Source of the DNA: Syntrophales bacterium | GTDB taxonomy: Bacteria; Desulfobacterota; Syntrophia; Syntrophales; UBA6807 | NCBI GenBank assembly: GCA_040767195.1 | Contig: JAXGPA010000001.1 | Location: 96,001 to 160,000, forward strand | Direction: 5' to 3' | Length of the DNA: 64,000 nt | Notes under the pieces: generated by a model | What the model saw: the letters and a program-made list of their open reading frames with translations, nothing else | The model's database searches: none | Told to the model about the DNA's origin: nothing | Made by a program: the position numbers and the translations under genes | Shown: positions 62,065 through 64,000 of the stretch, piece by piece | Position numbering within the stretch: position 1 is the first letter of the stretch | Layout: the number at the start of each line of letters is the position of its first letter

Positions 62065-64000
62065 ATGGCAAAGGAACTCTTACTGGAAATCGGGACGGAA
62101 GAAATCCCCGCGGCCTTTCTGCCCAGGGCCCTGGGCGACATGGAAACCCTGATCCGAAAAACCCTGGCAGAGGAACGGATCCCCTTCGGGACCGTCGAAA
62201 CCATGGGAACGCCCCGCCGTCTCGTGGTGGCCGTGTCCGCCGTGGCGGAAGCCCAGGAGGACGAAATCCAGGAAAAACTGGGGCCGGCGAAGCGGGTCGC
62301 CTTCGACGACCAGGGACAGCCCACGAAAGCGGCCCTCGGGTTCGCCCGGGGACAGGGCCTCGACATGTCCGAGCTGGAAACGGCGGTCACGGAAAAAGGG
62401 GAATATCTCGTCGCCCGGAAAAAAATCTCCGGCAAGGCGACCCGGGACCTTCTCGCCGACCTGCTGCCGCGGTTCATCACCGCCATTCCCTTCCGGAAGT
62501 CCATGCGCTGGATGAACCTGGACATGCGGTTCGCCCGTCCGATCCACTGGATTCTCGCCCTCTTCGGCGGCGAGGTGGTTCCTTTCCGGATGGAAAACAT
62601 CCGAAGCGGCAACAGGAGCCGCGGGCACCGTTTCATGGCCCCCGAACCCTTTGAGGTAAACGATCTGGCGGACTACCTCGTCAAGACCCGGGAGCACTTC
62701 GTCATCGCCAAGCCCGACGAGAGGCGCGCGATTCTGATGGACGGGGCCCGGGCGGAAGCGACCGCCGTATCCGGCGAGGTCCTCTGGAATGACGATCTTC
62801 TCGAGGAGGTCGCCTTCCTGACCGAATACCCCTCCGCCGTCTGCGGCACCTTCGAAAAAGAATACCTGGCTCTCCCCCGGGAAGTCCTCATCACCACCAT
62901 GACGAAGCACCAGAAGTACTTTCCCGTGACGGACAAAAAAGGGGATCTCCTTCCCCACTTCATCACCATCAACAACACGGTGGCCAAGGACCCGTCCGTG
63001 GTGGCCCGGGGAAACGAGAAGGTCATCCGGGCACGACTCGCCGATGCCCGGTTCTTCTTCCAGGAGGATCAGAAGAAGCCCCTGGAGGAATACCTGCCGG
63101 AGCTGAAGAGTGTCGTGTTTCACAGCCAGCTCGGAACATCCTATGAAAAGGTCATGCAGTTCCGGGAACTGGCTGGATACATCGCGGAAAGGGTGAGGCC
63201 GGGGAAGGCCGGCACCGTGGACCGGGCGGCCCTCCTCGCCAAGGCGGACCTGGAAACCCAGATGGTCTACGAGTTCACCGAGCTCCAGGGCGTCATGGGC
63301 CGGGAATACGCCCTCCTTTCGGGGGAAGATCCCGTCGTGGCCAAGGCCGTGTACGAGCATTACCTCCCCGTCGCCGCCGGCGGGGACCTTCCCGAAACAG
63401 ACGAAGGGGCCATGGTGAGCATCGCCGACAAGATGGACACCATCGCCGGCTTTTTCGGCATCGGCCTCGTCCCATCGGGAACGGCGGACCCCTATGCCCT
63501 CCGGCGACAGGCCCTGGGAATCATCAACATCATCCTGGCGAAGGCCTATCCCCTCGACCTGGGGGACCTGGTCGACAAGAGCCTCGAGATTCTCGGAAAC
63601 AAGGTCAAAAAGCCCCGGGAGGAGGTCCGGAGAGAGATCCTCGATTTCTTCCGGGGCCGGTTCGAAAATCAGCTCGTCTCCCAGGGGCACCCCCTGGATG
63701 CCGTCGTCGCCGTCCTGTCCAGGTCCTCCACCGACCTTGTCCGGTCGATCAAGAAGATCGAAGCCGTGGAAAAATTCAAATCCCACCCCGATTTCGAACC
63801 CCTCGTCGTGGCCTTCAAGCGGGTGGTCAACATCCTGAAGGATTTCAGCGGCGGCTCCGTGGACCCCGCCCTTTTCGAAGAGGCCGAAGAGAAAAACCTT
63901 CACGACGCCTTTCTGGCAATCCGGGACCGGGCCGGCGAACTCATCGAAGCCGACCGGTACGAGGAAGCCCTCGTCGAGATGGCCCGCCTGCGGGCGCCGG
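62065..64000 (+). CDS. glyS: Glycine-tRNA ligase beta subunit, runs off the window end
   Basis: Read directly from sequence: MAKELLLEIGTEEIPA, TPRRL, FRKSMRW, GNEKVIRARLADA, EFTELQGVMG, GTADPYALRRQA; absent from ORF track because there is no stop. Confidence 0.97.
   Translation, partial: MAKELLLEIGTEEIPAAFLPRALGDMETLIRKTLAEERIPFGTVETMGTPRRLVVAVSAVAEAQEDEIQEKLGPAKRVAFDDQGQPTKAALGFARGQGLDMSELETAVTEKGEYLVARKKISGKATRDLLADLLPRFITAIPFRKSMRWMNLDMRFARPIHWILALFGGEVVPFRMENIRSGNRSRGHRFMAPEPFEVNDLADYLVKTREHFVIAKPDERRAILMDGARAEATAVSGEVLWNDDLLEEVAFLTEYPSAVCGTFEKEYLALPREVLITTMTKHQKYFPVTDKKGDLLPHFITINNTVAKDPSVVARGNEKVIRARLADARFFFQEDQKKPLEEYLPELKSVVFHSQLGTSYEKVMQFRELAGYIAERVRPGKAGTVDRAALLAKADLETQMVYEFTELQGVMGREYALLSGEDPVVAKAVYEHYLPVAAGGDLPETDEGAMVSIADKMDTIAGFFGIGLVPSGTADPYALRRQALGIINIILAKAYPLDLGDLVDKSLEILGNKVKKPREEVRREILDFFRGRFENQLVSQGHPLDAVVAVLSRSSTDLVRSIKKIEAVEKFKSHPDFEPLVVAFKRVVNILKDFSGGSVDPALFEEAEEKNLHDAFLAIRDRAGELIEADRYEEALVEMARLRAP

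Noticed and set aside
62080..63903. 607-aa minus-strand ORF
   Set aside because: Antisense to glyS, which the ORF track missed because it has no stop in the window

Overview
GC-rich, gene-dense chromosomal window from an anaerobic bacterium; gene content suggests a Desulfobacterota/Syntrophales-like fatty-acid degrader (inference). From left to right: (i) glycogen locus with the glgA tail and a GH57 hydrolase-glycogen synthase fusion; (ii) mixed genes (SDR, NUDT19-like Nudix, TraB, rhomboid, SfsA-GIY-YIG fusion, SLOG protein, tandem ThyX, MFS, ferritin-like/dodecin/USP, RNA methylase, RsbW/RsbV pair, ybaK, nadE); (iii) a large acyl-CoA region (gctAB-type CoA transferase, SOD, two ADP-forming acyl-CoA ligases, two CoA-transferase-GNAT fusions, atoE, hydantoinase-like ATPase plus HDAC, and a carboxyltransferase/crotonase/HMG-CoA-lyase/biotin-carrier cluster); (iv) housekeeping genes (mazG, queA-tgt-yajC-secD-secF, lepB, pyrR-pyrB-pyrC, mgtE, recO, glyQ-glyS). 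I saw no rRNA, tRNA, CRISPR array or transposase, but two families of small palindromic repeats are present. The best candidates for undescribed biology are a possible acyl-CoA-sensing lysine acylation/deacylation circuit (including a CoA-transferase domain that has lost its catalytic motifs, fused to a GNAT), the GH57-GT5 fusion, the hydantoinase-A + HDAC pair, and a biotin-carboxylase-free carboxylation cluster with a non-canonical HMG-CoA-lyase paralog. All calls come from motif recognition by eye; no searches were run.
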